Of a stretch of DNA of 53,000 bases, positions 1 to 7,812 are shown piece after piece. The notes beneath the pieces are model-generated. The model was not told the origin of the DNA. It ran no database searches and saw only the letters and a list, made by a program, of their open reading frames with translations. The first letter of the stretch is position 1. Every line of letters starts with the position of its first letter. Origin of the DNA: an uncultured Methanosarcinales archaeon (lineage in GTDB: Archaea > Nanobdellota > Nanobdellia > Woesearchaeales > GW2011-AR9); contig CAYFOH010000003.1 in assembly GCA_964344755.1 (NCBI GenBank), positions 1 through 53,000 of the forward strand. The letters run 5' to 3'. A program made the translations under genes and the position numbers.

Positions 1-26
1 ATGGCAAAGGCATTAGTTTATTTGTT

Positions 27-44
27 CAGAGTCGTACGACTCTG
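27..44. repeat. Perfect 18-bp palindrome CAGAGTCGTACGACTCTG
   Basis: Self-complementary when read directly. It lies in the first 97 nt upstream of the first gene, possibly inside the 3' end of a truncated upstream ORF. Confidence 0.7.
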
Positions 45-97
45 GACAGCGCCAACAATACATAAAGTTTAAGAACAAGTATTTTTCAACAAAAACG

Positions 98-2398
98 ATG
101 GAAATCCAACATAACTACTTACCGCAACAATACCAAGAAACAAGCCAACCAACGATTAATCATAATTATTTGCAAGAGCAATTTGCTGACTATCCAGAAA
201 TCCTTTCTAAAATTGCTGAACTTATTGAAACATCAGCTTTTACGTTAGGTGATGCCGTGGACGAATTCGAAAAGAAGATTTGTGAATTAACCGGAGCAAG
301 TTATGCTATTGGGGTTGGAAGCGGAACAGACGCTCTATTCCTTAGTTTAAAAGCTATTGGAATAAAAGAAGGTGACGAAGTTATTACTACACCCTACACT
401 TTTTTTGCTACTGTTGGAGCCATTGTAACTGCTGGAGCCAAACCAGTTTTTGTGGATGTAGGGGACGATTATAACATTAATCCTTCTTTGATAGAAGCCG
501 CCATTACAGATAAAACAAAAGCTATCTTACCGGTCCATTGGTCAGGGATTCCTTGCAAGATGGATCAAATCATGGCAATTGCCAACAGATATAATCTTGA
601 AGTTATTGAAGATGCTTGTCATGCTATTAATGGTAGTTATCAAGACCAGCATCCAGGAACTTTTGGAAGCGCTGGTTGTTTTAGTTTACATCCCTTAAAA
701 AACCTTAATGTTTGGGGAGATGGTGGTTTCATTGTAACAAATTCTAAAGAAATGCACGACAAATTAGTTTTACTAAGAAACCACGGATTAATTAACAGGG
801 ATGAGTGCTCTATTTTTGCTTATAACTCACGTCTTGATTCTATACAGGCGGTTGTAGGATCACATTTACTAGAAAAAATGGATCACATCACTAATTCAAG
901 AATTGCCAATGCTCGCTTTTTTGATGAGGCTTTAGCAGAGGTTCAACAGATTAAAATTCCACAAAGAGATTTAAATTCTAAATCAGTGTACCATCTTTAT
1001 GTCATCAAAGCTGAAAGAAGGGACGAATTACAACGATTTCTTTTAGAGTCAGGAATTGATGCCAAAGTTCATTATCCTATCCCTATGCACCTACAACCTG
1101 CAGCTGTTTCTCTAGGACACCAAAAAGGAGACTTTCCAGTTGCCGAAACTACTTGTGATAGTGTTTTGTCTTTGCCTGTTCATGAATTTATCACTAAGGA
1201 CCAGCAAGAATTTGTTGTTAAAAAAATCAAGGAATTTTATGAAAAAATGGCTGAATCTAAAGAACTTAAACTAAATTTAAACTACGAAGAAGCAAATACA
1301 ACTAAAGTCCCATTTGTTAACCTCGGTGCTCAATACAAAAATATGAGAAACGACATCTTAGTAAAAATCGACGAACTTTCCAGTAAAGGGGACTACGTTT
1401 TAAATTCTGAATTAGAAGATTTTGAAGAAAGTTTTGCAGAATTTTGTGGAGTTAAACACGCCATTGGTGTTGCCAATGGTACAGATGCTTTAATCCTGAG
1501 TCTGAAAGCAGTTAATGTAGGAGAAGGAGACGAAGTAATTACTGCACCTAATTCTTTCATTGCTACTGCCGGAGCGATAGCAGCTGTCGGAGCAAAACCT
1601 GTCTTTGTGGATGTAGGAAGTGATTATAATATCAATGTAGAATTAATTGAAGCGGCGATTACAAACAAAACCAAGGCCATTGTTGCTGTACATTTAACAG
1701 GAAGACCTGCTGAGATGGACAAAATAAGGGAATTGTGTAATAGAAGAAATTTATTGCTGATAGAAGATGCAGCCCAAGCTGTTGGAGCCAAATATAAAGG
1801 AAGAAGAGTCGGTTCTTTAGGACACTTAGGGTGCTTTAGTTTACATCCACTTAAGAATTTACACGCTCATGGGGATGGAGGCATCATTACTACAAACCAC
1901 ACTATCCTATACGAAAAGTTAGTAAAGTTAAGGAACCATGGTTTAAAAAATAGAGATGAATGTCTTTTCTGGGGATACAATTCAAGATTGGATGGTATCC
2001 AAGCAGCTATCTTAAACCTCAAATTAAAATCTATTAATGAATGGAACGACCGTTACAGAGAAATTGCTTCTCTTTATCGAGATGGTTTAAGAGGAATCGT
2101 GATCGTTCCTGAAGACAGAGACTATGAAGAGCCAGTTTATCATAACTTTGTGATCATGTGTGAAAAAAGAGACGAATTAATGAATTATTTAGAAGATCAA
2201 GGGATACAAACCAAGATACATTATTCTGTGCCGATCCATTTACAACAAGCCGCTGCTGATCTTGGATACCAAGAAGGAGATTTTCCTGTAGCTGAAGGTC
2301 AAGCTAAAAAAATTCTTAGTTTACCTATTTACCCCGAGTTAACAAACGAACAAGTGCAGTTAGTAATTGATAAAATCAATAGCTTCTTTTCTCAATGA
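98..2398 (+). CDS. Tandem-duplicated DegT/DnrJ/EryC1/StrS-family PLP sugar aminotransferase (two complete modules in one 766-aa ORF)
   Basis: Two colinear modules (aa ~20-382 = nt ~155-1243; aa ~403-766 = nt ~1304-2395). Each has GxGTDAL, EGDEVIT, GAKPVFVDVG, IEDA and the Schiff-base lysine context FSLHPLKNL...GDGG. They are joined by a ~20-aa linker (EKMAESKELKLNLNYEEANTTK) with no stop codon. Confidence 0.85.
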   Translation: MEIQHNYLPQQYQETSQPTINHNYLQEQFADYPEILSKIAELIETSAFTLGDAVDEFEKKICELTGASYAIGVGSGTDALFLSLKAIGIKEGDEVITTPYTFFATVGAIVTAGAKPVFVDVGDDYNINPSLIEAAITDKTKAILPVHWSGIPCKMDQIMAIANRYNLEVIEDACHAINGSYQDQHPGTFGSAGCFSLHPLKNLNVWGDGGFIVTNSKEMHDKLVLLRNHGLINRDECSIFAYNSRLDSIQAVVGSHLLEKMDHITNSRIANARFFDEALAEVQQIKIPQRDLNSKSVYHLYVIKAERRDELQRFLLESGIDAKVHYPIPMHLQPAAVSLGHQKGDFPVAETTCDSVLSLPVHEFITKDQQEFVVKKIKEFYEKMAESKELKLNLNYEEANTTKVPFVNLGAQYKNMRNDILVKIDELSSKGDYVLNSELEDFEESFAEFCGVKHAIGVANGTDALILSLKAVNVGEGDEVITAPNSFIATAGAIAAVGAKPVFVDVGSDYNINVELIEAAITNKTKAIVAVHLTGRPAEMDKIRELCNRRNLLLIEDAAQAVGAKYKGRRVGSLGHLGCFSLHPLKNLHAHGDGGIITTNHTILYEKLVKLRNHGLKNRDECLFWGYNSRLDGIQAAILNLKLKSINEWNDRYREIASLYRDGLRGIVIVPEDRDYEEPVYHNFVIMCEKRDELMNYLEDQGIQTKIHYSVPIHLQQAAADLGYQEGDFPVAEGQAKKILSLPIYPELTNEQVQLVIDKINSFFSQ

Positions 2399-3282
2399 GA
2401 AAAGTCTTGATTACAGGGGGGAGTGGCCAGGTCGGGTCTAACTTGGCCTTTGGTTTAGCACAAGACTTCGATGTTTGTAGTTTATATAACAGACACCAAA
2501 CCAATTTTGCTGGTTGCTATAATATTAAATTAGATCTCACTAAAAGAGAGGAAGTTTTGAAGTTAGTTTCTTTACAGCCAGAAATTATTGTTCATTGCGC
2601 TGCTCTCACTTCTTTTGCTGATTGCGAAACAAATCCTGGATTAGCTAAATTACTTAACGTGGAAGTCACAGTAAACATTTTAGAGTTGGTAAAACAAAGC
2701 AAGGCTAAGCTTATTTATCTGTCTACTGACGCTGTATTTAAAGGAGATAGGGGAGATTATAAGGAAAATGATTTCCCAGACGCAACAAGTCTTTATGGAA
2801 AAACAAAGGCAGAAGGAGAAAAAGTTTGTTTAAACTATGAAAATTCTTTAGTCCTAAGAATTAATATCTTTGGTAAAAGTTATGCCCAAGAAAAACGTAA
2901 TTTTATTGGAAATTTATTAGCAAGTTTAGAGAAAGGAGAAAGCTATGGAGCTTTCACTGATGCTTACTTCACCCCTTTATACATCAAATATTTGACGGAA
3001 AGTATTAGAAAATTAATTAATTCTGATGCCAAAGGAATATTTCATGTTACAGGAAGTGAAAAACTTTCTAAGTATGCCTTTGCTAAAGAAGTAGCTAAAA
3101 TCTTTGGTTACAATGAAGATTTAATTAAAAAAAGTGTTGTTGGAAACAGAATCTATCCCAGAGATATTTCTCTTAAAAATAATAAGTTGTTAGGTTTGAT
3201 TAATTTAAAAATACCAAACGTTAACGAAATGATCAACGAGTTTAAACAAGAACTAGAGATTAGAACACAAAAATCTATTTAA
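2395..3282 (+). CDS. RmlD-like NAD(P)-dependent sugar reductase (dTDP-4-dehydrorhamnose reductase family SDR)
   Basis: Rossmann motif ITGGSGQVGSNL, HCAA...CE, STDAVF and YGKTKAEGE (YxxxK) in RmlD-like order. ATGA overlap with the upstream gene. Confidence 0.7.
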   Translation: MRKVLITGGSGQVGSNLAFGLAQDFDVCSLYNRHQTNFAGCYNIKLDLTKREEVLKLVSLQPEIIVHCAALTSFADCETNPGLAKLLNVEVTVNILELVKQSKAKLIYLSTDAVFKGDRGDYKENDFPDATSLYGKTKAEGEKVCLNYENSLVLRINIFGKSYAQEKRNFIGNLLASLEKGESYGAFTDAYFTPLYIKYLTESIRKLINSDAKGIFHVTGSEKLSKYAFAKEVAKIFGYNEDLIKKSVVGNRIYPRDISLKNNKLLGLINLKIPNVNEMINEFKQELEIRTQKSI

Positions 3283-3305
3283 ATTAAATTTTATCAGGTA
3301 AATGA

Positions 3306-3962
3306 ATGACAGAAATAAATTTGATGGAGAAATATCCAAGAACAAAAAGAAATGTTGATGAAAGAGGAACAACCAGAACTCCTGAAGACGTAGCCTTGGC
3401 AAAAAAGTTTGGTAAAGAGTTTTTTGATGGAGACCGATCACACGGTTATGGTGGCTTTAATTATCACCCTAGGTTTTGGACTGAAGTTGTGCAAGATATG
3501 ATTAAGCATTATGGTTTGACTAACGAAAGCAAAATTTTGGACGTCGGTTGTGCCAAAGGATTCACATTATATGATTTTAAAAAAGCTCTGCCAGGAATTA
3601 CTGTAAGAGGAATTGACATCTCTGAATATGCTGTGGCTAATTCTTTAGAGGAAGTTAAACCTTTCTTAAGTGTAGGTAATGCCAAGGATTTAAGTCAATT
3701 TAAAGATAAAGAATTTGATCTTGTTCTATGTATTAATACGGCCCATAATCTTCCTTTAGAAGAGTGCAAACAGGCTCTGAAGGAAATCTCCAGAGTTGGA
3801 AAAAACGCCTTCATCGTCAATGACGCTTGGAGAAACGAAGAAGAAAAATCTAACATGTTAAAGTGGAACTTAACAGCTGAAACTTATATGCACGTTGAAG
3901 ATTGGAAAAAATTGTTTGCTGAAGTAGGTTATACTGGAGATTATTATTGGTTTATACCATGA
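3306..3962 (+). CDS. Class I SAM-dependent methyltransferase
   Basis: SAM motif I ILDVGCAKGF followed by the acidic loop GIDIS and DLVLCINTAHN. 218 aa. Confidence 0.75.
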   Translation: MTEINLMEKYPRTKRNVDERGTTRTPEDVALAKKFGKEFFDGDRSHGYGGFNYHPRFWTEVVQDMIKHYGLTNESKILDVGCAKGFTLYDFKKALPGITVRGIDISEYAVANSLEEVKPFLSVGNAKDLSQFKDKEFDLVLCINTAHNLPLEECKQALKEISRVGKNAFIVNDAWRNEEEKSNMLKWNLTAETYMHVEDWKKLFAEVGYTGDYYWFIP

Positions 3963-4999
3963 CAAAAACAAAAGCAGCCGTTCTCCGAGAGATCAATGAA
4001 CCTTTATCTATTGAAGAGTTAGAAACACCTGAACTTAAAGAAGGCCAAGTCTTGGTTAAGGTTCTGTACACAGGTCTTTGTAGAAGTCAGATTAATGAAA
4101 TTAAAGGTAATAAGGGCGAAGATAAGTATTTGCCCCATACCTTGGGCCATGAAGGATCTGGGATTGTTGAAGCTGTAGGAGAAGGCGTAACTAAAGTTGT
4201 TAAAGGCGACTACGTTGTTTTAACCTGGATTAAAAGTGAGGGCAAGGATGTTCCTTCTGCCCAATACTTGGATGAAAGCGGAAAAAAAGTAAATTCTGGA
4301 GCCATCTCCACCTTTTTACAGTTTGCTGTAATTTCTGAAAATAGGTTAGTTAAAGTTGATCAAAGAATAGAACCAAGGATGGCAGCCTTGCTAGGATGTG
4401 CCCTGCCAACTGGCGGTGGTCTTATCAAAAATGAACTGGTTCCTGCAACAGAAGAAACAATAGCCATCTTTGGCGTAGGAGGAATTGGGGCCAGTGTTTT
4501 ATTAGAAGCTAAAGCTTTAGGATGTTCTAAAATAATTGCCATAGATGTCAATGACGACAAACTAATGTTTGCTAAGGAACAAGGAGCTTGGAAAACAATA
4601 AATTCTTTACAGGAAGATGTTACAAATAAAATTAGAGAACTGACTTCTGGTGGAGTAGATGGTGCCTTGGAATGCTCTGGTATCAAATCAGTAATGGAAA
4701 CTGCCTTTAGAGCAATTCAAAACCAAGGTAGATTAGTTATCGCTGGAAACTTGAAACAAGGAGAAACTATTTCTATTGATCCCATGGACTTAATTAAAGG
4801 GAAGAAAATTACGGGAACTTGGGGGGGGGCTTCTAAACCTGATGAAGATATCCCTTTTTATGTTCAACAATACTTAGAAGGAAAACTGAATTTATCTTGT
4901 TTAGTTAGTAAAGAGTATTCTTTAGAAGATATTAATTTAGCTATTACAGATTTAGAAGAAGGAAAAGTTCTGAGGGCGATGATCAATTGTCAAAAATAA
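3947..4999 (+). CDS. Zinc-dependent medium-chain alcohol/sugar dehydrogenase (MDR family)
   Basis: GHEGSGIVEAVGEGV zinc-ADH signature, GLCRSQ Cys ligand context and FGVGGIG dinucleotide fold. The likely true start is the ATG at 3959 (MTKTKAAVL), which forms an ATGA overlap with the upstream stop. Contains a G9 tract at 4821-4829. Confidence 0.8.
   Translation: MVYTMTKTKAAVLREINEPLSIEELETPELKEGQVLVKVLYTGLCRSQINEIKGNKGEDKYLPHTLGHEGSGIVEAVGEGVTKVVKGDYVVLTWIKSEGKDVPSAQYLDESGKKVNSGAISTFLQFAVISENRLVKVDQRIEPRMAALLGCALPTGGGLIKNELVPATEETIAIFGVGGIGASVLLEAKALGCSKIIAIDVNDDKLMFAKEQGAWKTINSLQEDVTNKIRELTSGGVDGALECSGIKSVMETAFRAIQNQGRLVIAGNLKQGETISIDPMDLIKGKKITGTWGGASKPDEDIPFYVQQYLEGKLNLSCLVSKEYSLEDINLAITDLEEGKVLRAMINCQK
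4821..4829 (+). repeat. G9 homopolymer inside the Zn-dehydrogenase CDS
   Basis: tgG GGG GGG Gct encodes W292-G293-G294-A295. This is the longest G/C run I could find by eye in the window; all others stop at 6. Confidence 0.8.
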
Positions 5000-6129
5000 T
5001 TCCTAAATTGGTGGGAATTGGTCTTTTTCCACCCGCGCTTATCTTGAATAAATTGTTTAGGATTAAATTTGTTAGAATTAGAAGTAGTAGGATTGGACAT
5101 CTGGCAGCTAACACAGAACTTTTTCTAAGAAGAAAGGAATTAGGTTTGTTAAAAAAGGCTAATTACATTGGTATTGCTGCTAAGCCCGTGAATAAACCAT
5201 TATTAAATCTGTTTAAACAAAAAATAAAGGTTTGGGAAATTCCTTCTGCTAAGGCAATAAGATGGTTGTCAAAACAATTATCCAAGCATTCTGTGTTAAG
5301 TTCTTCTGGTTTGTACAAAACTTTGCCTTTTCAAACCAATGAATATGATGAATTTAATCATGGTAAAAGAAACATAAGTTTCTCTAATAAAGAAGAAGTT
5401 AGAGGGAAAAAACTGTTAGATAAAATAGGCGTTAGAGATTGGTTTATCTGTTTTCATTCTAGAGACGCTGCTTACTTAAACAAAGAATGGGGAAAAGGGG
5501 ACGGTTATCACCAATTTAGAAATTGTAATGTTAAAAATTATTTGAAAGCCGCAGAGTATATTGCTGATCAAGGAGGGTATGCCTTAAGAATGGGGGCAGC
5601 TGTTGATCAAAAGATCTCATCTGAAGAAAGAGTCATTGATTATGCTAACAACTTTAGGACAGAATTTGGAGATATTTATTTAACCGCCAAATGTAAATTC
5701 TTTTTGGGAAATACTGCCGGTTTGTATTTAGTAGGTACTATCTTTAATGTGCCTTTAGCCTTAGCTAATATTGTACCAATTCATTATCCTCCTATGAGAA
5801 AAGGAGACCTGTACATCCCCAAAAAAATCTGGTCTAAAAAAGAGAAAAGGTTTCTTACCTTTAAAGAGATGATTGCCCAAGGAACAGTTCAAAAAGCAGA
5901 TTTTTATCATAAAAGAGATATGGTCCCAAGAGAGAATACTGCTGAAGAAATTTTAGATTTGGCTACAGAAATGAATCAACGCTTAGATGGTACCTGGAAA
6001 GAAGATAAAGAAGATGAAATTTTGCAAAAAAAATATAAAAGTTTGTTTCCAAAAGGATGCCATTGTTATGGGTTCCGGTCCAGAATTGGAGCAAAGTTTC
6101 TAAGAGAAAATAAGCATCTTCTAGAGTAA
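4987..6129 (+). CDS. Putative glycosyltransferase (TIGR04372-like), function uncertain
   Basis: 380-aa soluble protein. The N-terminal SRIGHLAANTE motif and the overall size recall the TIGR04372 putative glycosyltransferase family. A non-ATG (TTG) start is implied. Assigned from memory of the family only. Confidence 0.35.
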   Translation: MSKIIPKLVGIGLFPPALILNKLFRIKFVRIRSSRIGHLAANTELFLRRKELGLLKKANYIGIAAKPVNKPLLNLFKQKIKVWEIPSAKAIRWLSKQLSKHSVLSSSGLYKTLPFQTNEYDEFNHGKRNISFSNKEEVRGKKLLDKIGVRDWFICFHSRDAAYLNKEWGKGDGYHQFRNCNVKNYLKAAEYIADQGGYALRMGAAVDQKISSEERVIDYANNFRTEFGDIYLTAKCKFFLGNTAGLYLVGTIFNVPLALANIVPIHYPPMRKGDLYIPKKIWSKKEKRFLTFKEMIAQGTVQKADFYHKRDMVPRENTAEEILDLATEMNQRLDGTWKEDKEDEILQKKYKSLFPKGCHCYGFRSRIGAKFLRENKHLLE

Positions 6130-6141
6130 AGTTGCATTAGG

Positions 6142-6149
6142 TTTAAATA
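6142..6149 (+). promoter_or_regulatory. Putative archaeal-type TATA box (TTTAAATA) 26 nt upstream of ATG 6175
   Basis: A/T octamer in a 45-nt spacer with no Shine-Dalgarno between it and the start codon. The spacing fits a leaderless transcript. Confidence 0.4.
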
Positions 6150-6174
6150 CGGTTTTTCCAATGGGTTAGTTAAG

Positions 6175-7812
6175 ATGGATGCTGTTAAAGATTATATAAA
6201 AGAGATAAAAGGTAAATTTTCTCAAGAAGAAATTAAAGCTGTTTTAGATTCTTTTGCTGACAAAAAAGTGTTAGTGATTGGAGACGCTATCATAGATGAG
6301 TATTGTTTTGTAGAGCCAAAAGGTAGAGCAATGAAAGATCCTATGCTTTCGGTTAACCATGTTAAGGAAGAAGCATATGTTGGTGGAATAATGGCCATTG
6401 CTAATCATACTAGTAATTTTGTTAAAGAAGTTACAATGGTCACTGTTTTGGGAGACGGACTAGACAGAAAGGATTTTATTGAAAAAGGATTAAACAAAAA
6501 CATTTCTGGTAAATATTTCACTAAAGTTGGAGCACCAACCACTAGAAAAAGAAGGTACATCAGTTCGGTTAGAAACGAGAAGCTCTTCAAAATTGAGTAT
6601 ATGAGAGACACAGCCATTAATGAAGAATTAGAAAAAGAAATTGTTATTTATTTAGAAAATGAATTGCCACTCTATGACTTGGTTATTGTTGGAGATTTTG
6701 GCCACGGTTTTATCAACAAAAAAATAGTTCAAGTCCTTGAAGAAAAATCCAAGTATTTAGCAGTTAATGTACAAACGAACAGTGCTAATATCGGTTTTAA
6801 TTACGTTACAAAATATAACAAACCAAACTTTATCTCCATGGATGGGGCCGAGTTAAGATTCTCTGTAGGAGATAAGGAAAGTGATTATAAAAAACTTGTA
6901 GACAAACTTAATCAAATGAAAAATTTTGACAATTTTTTGGTAACTATTGGAAAAGAAGGAGCCTTGTATTATAAAAACGGTATCTTTGAGAGTCCCGCAT
7001 TCATATCTAAAATTACTGATGCCGTAGGAGCAGGGGATGCTGTTTTTTCAGTTGCTTCACTCTTTGCATTGGTGAATGCCAAAAATGAAATGGTACCTTT
7101 TGTAGCTAACTGTGTAGGTGGAGTTGCTGTTAGTATTATGGGAAACAAAAAAAGTGTATCAAAAGAAGACTTAATAAATTTTATAGATAATGTTTTCAGG
7201 CACACCAAAGAAATAGAGATTAACCAATATTTATCTTCTGTTAATAATGCCTTAAGTAACCTCAACAAAAAAGAAATTTCTGATTTTGTTAAAATGTTAA
7301 TGGAAGCTTATCATCAGGATAAAAATATTTATATTTTTGGTAATGGTGGAAGTGCTGCAACAGCATCACATTTCGCAGGAGACTTAGTAAAAGGAGTTTC
7401 TTGCGGGTTAGATAAAAGATTTAAGGTTATTTGTCTAAACGACAACATACCAGCTATGATGGCCATTGCCAACGACATCTCGTATGACGATATTTTTATT
7501 GAGCAACTTAAAAACTTTTTAAGAAAAGATGATATTGTCATTGGTATTTCTGGAAGTGGAAATTCCATAAATGTTGTTAAAGCTTTGGAATATGCTAATT
7601 CTGCAGGAGCTAAAACTGTCGCAGTCTGTGGCTATAAAGGAGGAAAAATTAAAGATATTGCGCAAATCGCAATTCACTCTGAAATAGATGACATGGAAAT
7701 CTCAGAAGACATTCACAACCTTGTAATCACCCATTGCATTAAAAGAGTCTTAACCAACGAATTAGGAAACACTAATGTTGGTAAGGTTTATGAAGATAGA
7801 ATCCTGACGTGA
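6175..7812 (+). CDS. Fusion of PfkB-type heptose-7-phosphate kinase (HldE/RfaE domain I-like) and GmhA-type sedoheptulose-7-phosphate isomerase (SIS domain)
   Basis: aa 1-340 (nt 6175-7194): VLVIGDAIIDEY and DAVGAGDAV PfkB motifs. aa ~345-545 (nt ~7207-7809): IYIFGNGGSAATASHFAGDL, the GmhA/SIS signature. Confidence 0.8.
   Translation: MDAVKDYIKEIKGKFSQEEIKAVLDSFADKKVLVIGDAIIDEYCFVEPKGRAMKDPMLSVNHVKEEAYVGGIMAIANHTSNFVKEVTMVTVLGDGLDRKDFIEKGLNKNISGKYFTKVGAPTTRKRRYISSVRNEKLFKIEYMRDTAINEELEKEIVIYLENELPLYDLVIVGDFGHGFINKKIVQVLEEKSKYLAVNVQTNSANIGFNYVTKYNKPNFISMDGAELRFSVGDKESDYKKLVDKLNQMKNFDNFLVTIGKEGALYYKNGIFESPAFISKITDAVGAGDAVFSVASLFALVNAKNEMVPFVANCVGGVAVSIMGNKKSVSKEDLINFIDNVFRHTKEIEINQYLSSVNNALSNLNKKEISDFVKMLMEAYHQDKNIYIFGNGGSAATASHFAGDLVKGVSCGLDKRFKVICLNDNIPAMMAIANDISYDDIFIEQLKNFLRKDDIVIGISGSGNSINVVKALEYANSAGAKTVAVCGYKGGKIKDIAQIAIHSEIDDMEISEDIHNLVITHCIKRVLTNELGNTNVGKVYEDRILT

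Noticed and set aside
1-72. Open frame from nt 1 to the TAA at 70-72 (…AKALVYLFRVVRLWTAPTIHKV*), possibly the 3' end of an upstream gene
   Set aside because: Only 23 codons are visible and no motif is present. It cannot be distinguished from non-coding sequence, so it is not reported as a feature.
4360-4686. 108-aa minus-strand ORF antisense to the Zn-dehydrogenase gene. Similar antisense ORFs lie at 3253-3441, 6405-6617, 6969-7268, 7329-7568, 8987-9220, 11951-12151, 14028-14270, 16527-16733, 17376-17576, 18630-18833, 21372-21578, 23376-23615, 23991-24218, 26323-26541, 29989-30210, 31817-32029, 33152-33370, 37082-37288, 42898-43107 and 50824-51012.
   Set aside because: Each lies entirely inside a longer opposite-strand gene with strong family motifs. 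Their translations are low-complexity (Ser/Leu/Pro/Lys-rich) with no motifs, as expected for shadow ORFs in AT-rich DNA.
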